NCBI GenBank assembly: GCA_046484865.1
Contig: JAWOID010000029.1
Location: 1 to 64,000, forward strand
Source: Candidatus Krumholzibacteriia bacterium
Lineage (GTDB): Bacteria; Krumholzibacteriota; Krumholzibacteriia; LZORAL124-64-63
Reading direction: 5' to 3'
Length of the DNA: 64,000 nucleotides
A program made the translations under genes and the position numbers. The notes below the pieces were generated by a model. It made no database searches and was not told the DNA's origin. It was given only the letters and a program-made list of their open reading frames with translations. Positions 60,554-64,000 of this stretch are shown one piece after another; the stretch's first letter is position 1, and each line of letters starts with the position of its first letter.

Positions 60554-60753
60554 CGGGGCTCCTTCCCGGGAAAGCGGACCCAGCATACCAGAGCCCGCCA
60601 CCGGCGCCATCCCGTTGTATCGCATCGATGGCGGGAATCCTGAGGTCCGAATCGGGCTTTGACCGCACCGATCCGGCTTCCTATCGTTCCAGCGACGTCC
60701 GCCGCTGTCCGCGATCATCCCTTCCGCCCTGCACTCGGGCCCCGGGAGCACGC

Positions 60754-61692
60754 ATGAAGCGCGACGACCCGCAACGCTCGCACCCGCTCGTGCCGGACGG
60801 CGGCGTCGCACCAGCGTCGTCCCCGTTCGTCCTCGAACGCATGCTCCGCGAGGCCTACATCCTCGACGGCCCCGGCGTGCAGCCCGATGGCCGGCCCGGC
60901 CGCGACGATCTCGACGACATGACCGAGCGCGCCGCGCTGCGCGACACACCCCGGGAAAGAGCCCAGGAGCTCGCTTTCCAGGCTCTCGAGCAGGAGGACC
61001 CGGAACTGGCGGCGCGCCTCGCCCGGCAGGCGCTGGAACTCGACCCACGCTGCGTGGACGCCCTGGCGCTGGACGCGCTGCTGGGCACCGCCGACGTCCA
61101 CGCGCGGATCGAGCGGCTGGACCGGGCGGCACGCACGGCCGAGGATCAGCTCGGCGAGGAGTTCTTCGCCGAGTACATCGGCGATCTGTGGACCGAGGTC
61201 GTGGCCCGTCCTTATCTCCGCGCGCTGCGGCAACTGGCCGAGGCGCTCTGGGACGCGGGCCGGCGCTTCGATGCGGTCGCCGACTACGAGAACCTCCTGG
61301 AACTGGACCAGCCCGACCGGATGGGGAACGCGGTGGTCCTGCTGGCGCGCTATCTCGAGATGGGCGAGGTGGGACGCTCGCGCGACCTGCTGGACGAGTA
61401 CGGCGATCGTGACGACGCCCTGGTGCAGTGGGCGGAGGCCCTGGTGAGTTTTCTCGAGGGGGATCACGGCGCAGCGGAGGCTGCCCTGGCCCGGGCCAGA
61501 AGGCTCAACCGCGGCGCGCTACCTTACCTGTCGGGGGAGGCCGAGCCGCCCCTGGTGGTCCAGCCCCACTACACCCCCGGCAGTCCCGGGGAGGCGGACG
61601 TCATCGGCCAGATCCTGGCGGCGGCCTGGTCCACGCACGCGGCGGCCCTGCTGTGGCTGCTGTCGAGCGAGGACGAAGACGGGTCCGGTTGA
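60754..61692 (+). CDS. TPR-like helical hypothetical protein
   Basis: AQELAFQA, LARQALELDPRCVDA, RPYLRA and LLELDQPD; SD GGGAG. Confidence 0.7.
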   Translation: MKRDDPQRSHPLVPDGGVAPASSPFVLERMLREAYILDGPGVQPDGRPGRDDLDDMTERAALRDTPRERAQELAFQALEQEDPELAARLARQALELDPRCVDALALDALLGTADVHARIERLDRAARTAEDQLGEEFFAEYIGDLWTEVVARPYLRALRQLAEALWDAGRRFDAVADYENLLELDQPDRMGNAVVLLARYLEMGEVGRSRDLLDEYGDRDDALVQWAEALVSFLEGDHGAAEAALARARRLNRGALPYLSGEAEPPLVVQPHYTPGSPGEADVIGQILAAAWSTHAAALLWLLSSEDEDGSG

Positions 61693-61804
61693 GGGGAATC
61701 CCCCCACGCGGTCGATCGCTCCGGATGCTATCTTGGTGACCGCGCCGGATTCTGCACCGGGACCGGCGGCTCTCTCGCGCGGCATCACTCGCCGGGGAGT
61801 CTCG

Positions 61805-64000
61805 ATGCTCGGGTTCTCAAGGCACAAGGCACTCGTGTTCGTGCTGGCCGCCGTCGCGACCTTCCCGGCCTCGGCCGGCGGCGGCTCGTCCGCCCGTGCG
61901 CCCGAGGCGGCGGCTCGCCCCGGAGCGATCGCCGCACCCCTGTCGCCGCTGCTCTATGCGATCCTCGAGCGCCCCACGCATCCGGCCTGGGACGCCGGCG
62001 GTCGCGTGCCCGTCTGGGTCTACCTCGAGGACCGCGGTCTCGATCCGGCGGGCCGTGCCGCCGCGCTCGACGCGGCCGCGGCCCAGCTCCCGGAACGGAC
62101 GGCCCGCCGCCGGGCCAAGATGGCGGACGCCGCGGGCGCCCGGCCGCCGCGCGTCGGCGACAACCGTCCCGGAACCGTGATCGCCCCCTCGGGGGCGGCG
62201 GTGCCCCGGCGAGAGGTCGTCGACCTGCGCGACCTGCCCCTGGCGCCCCGCTACCTGGACGCGCTGCGTGCCACCGGCGCGGAACTGCGCCAGACCAGCC
62301 GCTGGCTCAACGCCGCGAGCTGCGATGCCACCCCCGAGCAGATCCAGGCGATCGCCTCGCTGCCGTTCGTGCAGCGCGTGACGCTGGTGCGGCGACTGCG
62401 GCGGACGCCGCGGCCGCCCGTGAGCGCCCCGGACGCCGGCAAGTCCGGGGCGGACACCACCTGGAGCCTCGATTACGGCGCCAGCCGGGCTGTGCTCGAG
62501 CAGATCGCGGTGCCTCCGGTCCACGAGCTGGGCCTCGCGGGCGCCGGCGTCCTGGTGGGGGTGCTCGACACCGGATTCCGCACCACCCACGGCGCTCTGG
62601 ACCATCTGCCCGTGCTGGCGACGTACGATTTCGTCAACAGTGATCCCGTGGTGGACACCGAGGACGGCGATCCGTCGCTGGCGCACAGCCACGGCACCCG
62701 CGTCCTGTCGGCCCTGGGCGGCCGCGCGCCCGGCGAACTGATGGGGCCGGCCCACGCGATCGCGGTGGTGCTCGCCAAGACCGAGGACGTGGCCGACGAG
62801 CAGCCCGTGGAGGAGGACTACTGGGTCGCGGGTCTCGAGTGGTCGGAGATCCTGGGTGCGGACGTGGTCTCCAGCAGCCTGGCCTACCACGACTGGTACG
62901 AGTTCGGCGACCTCGACGGCGATACCGCTCCGACCACGGTGGCCGCGCGCATGGCCGCCGCCGCCGGCGTGGTGGTGGTGAACGCCGCCGGGAACGATCG
63001 TCTGAGCGCCTGGGGTCACATCAGCGCCCCCGCCGATGCGGACAGCATCGTCGCCGTGGGAGCGGTGGACGGAGCCGGCGACGTGGCCTGGTTCTCGTCT
63101 CCGGGACCGACCGCGGACGGTCGCATCAAGCCCGAGGTGGCGGCGCCGGGAGTGTCGGTGCCCGTGGTGAGCCCCGACGACGACACGACCTACGGCGTGG
63201 CGTCGGGCACGTCGCTCAGCTGTCCGCTGGTGAGCGGGGTGGCCGCGCTGATGCTGGAGCGGGCGCCGGGACTGACGCCCATGCAGGTGCGCGAGGCCCT
63301 GCTCGCCACCGCGAGCCAGGCCACCGCGCCGGACAACGACCTCGGCTGGGGCGTGGTGAACGCGCTGGCGGCGGTGCTCTACTGGGGACCGCACCTCCAG
63401 CATGACCCGATCGCCGACACCCCTGGCGGATCCGGCCCGTACCCGGTCGCCTTGACCGCGCACAGCCGGGCGCCGCTGGCGCCGGCCTCCCTGCAGGTCC
63501 ACTACCGGGTGGATGATGGCGGGTGGCAGCAGGCCGCGATGACTGCGGTGTCGGACTCGGTGTTCGCCGGCGTCATCCCGGAGCAGGCCGGCGGTTCGGT
63601 GGTGAGCTATTTCCTGGAGGCGGCCGATGTCCAGGGGACCTCGACGCGGCTCCCCTGGGCGGCGCCGGACAGCGTGCTGAGCTTCCTCGTGCAACCCGTG
63701 CCGGCATCCGTCCTGATCATCGACGATGGCGGGCAGCCGGTTTCCGTGCCTTCGCCGCCGGATCCCGCCGACGACCACGGGACGTCCCGCCGCCACGCCG
63801 CGGCGATGGAGACGCGGATCCTGGCCGAAGGGTCGCGGGCCTCCGCCGACGTCGAGAACTCGGCGCCACAGGTGGAGCAGTGGCTCACCGAGGCCGGCCA
63901 CGTGGTGACCACCGTGGCATCCGGGGGGCTGACCGCCGAGCATTTCACGGACACCGATCTCGTGGTGCTGGCCTGCGGGGCGAACGCTCTGCCGGTGGCC
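61805..64000 (+). CDS. Secreted S8 serine peptidase with C-terminal accessory domains, truncated at window edge
   Basis: Manual translation from ATG 61805 gives a signal peptide, a propeptide, VGVLDTG (Asp), HGT (His), NAAGN, GPTADGRIKPEV and SGTSLSCP (Ser). An extended -10 TGcTATCTT lies upstream. Confidence 0.9.
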   Translation, partial: MLGFSRHKALVFVLAAVATFPASAGGGSSARAPEAAARPGAIAAPLSPLLYAILERPTHPAWDAGGRVPVWVYLEDRGLDPAGRAAALDAAAAQLPERTARRRAKMADAAGARPPRVGDNRPGTVIAPSGAAVPRREVVDLRDLPLAPRYLDALRATGAELRQTSRWLNAASCDATPEQIQAIASLPFVQRVTLVRRLRRTPRPPVSAPDAGKSGADTTWSLDYGASRAVLEQIAVPPVHELGLAGAGVLVGVLDTGFRTTHGALDHLPVLATYDFVNSDPVVDTEDGDPSLAHSHGTRVLSALGGRAPGELMGPAHAIAVVLAKTEDVADEQPVEEDYWVAGLEWSEILGADVVSSSLAYHDWYEFGDLDGDTAPTTVAARMAAAAGVVVVNAAGNDRLSAWGHISAPADADSIVAVGAVDGAGDVAWFSSPGPTADGRIKPEVAAPGVSVPVVSPDDDTTYGVASGTSLSCPLVSGVAALMLERAPGLTPMQVREALLATASQATAPDNDLGWGVVNALAAVLYWGPHLQHDPIADTPGGSGPYPVALTAHSRAPLAPASLQVHYRVDDGGWQQAAMTAVSDSVFAGVIPEQAGGSVVSYFLEAADVQGTSTRLPWAAPDSVLSFLVQPVPASVLIIDDGGQPVSVPSPPDPADDHGTSRRHAAAMETRILAEGSRASADVENSAPQVEQWLTEAGHVVTTVASGGLTAEHFTDTDLVVLACGANALPVA

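Overview
This is a very GC-rich (visibly about 70% or more), densely coding chromosomal segment from a diderm bacterium. The secreted proteins with FlgD-Ig/T9SS-like tails and W-x-x-V-K-x-L-[YF]-R tails suggest an FCB-related candidate lineage such as Krumholzibacteriota or Latescibacterota; this placement is inference only. About 57 CDS can be supported. Housekeeping blocks are rho-rpmE-DUF1385-prfA-prmC-murA-selB-ispG, yicC-gmk-rpoZ-coaBC-udg, dnaB, mlaEFD, leuS and ychF. Catabolic and accessory genes include an M28 peptidase, two subtilases, rocD, glgP, MATE and DASS transporters, a beta-carbonic anhydrase, an ECF sigma/anti-sigma cassette flanked by two Spy/CpxP-like genes, a GAF/HD-GYP protein, RqcH, an EVE protein, DksA and a patatin. 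I saw no rRNA, tRNA, CRISPR array, transposase or prophage. The best unexplained signals are: (1) a promoter/operator followed by an approximately 185-nt GGA-rich, twin-hairpin, terminated RNA just upstream of a winged-helix regulator (8235-8864); (2) a shared C-terminal tail on two unrelated small secreted proteins, a candidate sorting signal; (3) an array of about 8 DnaA-box-like 9-mers in front of dnaB; and (4) a near-consensus sigma-54 promoter upstream of rho. All calls come from reading motifs by eye; no database searches were run.
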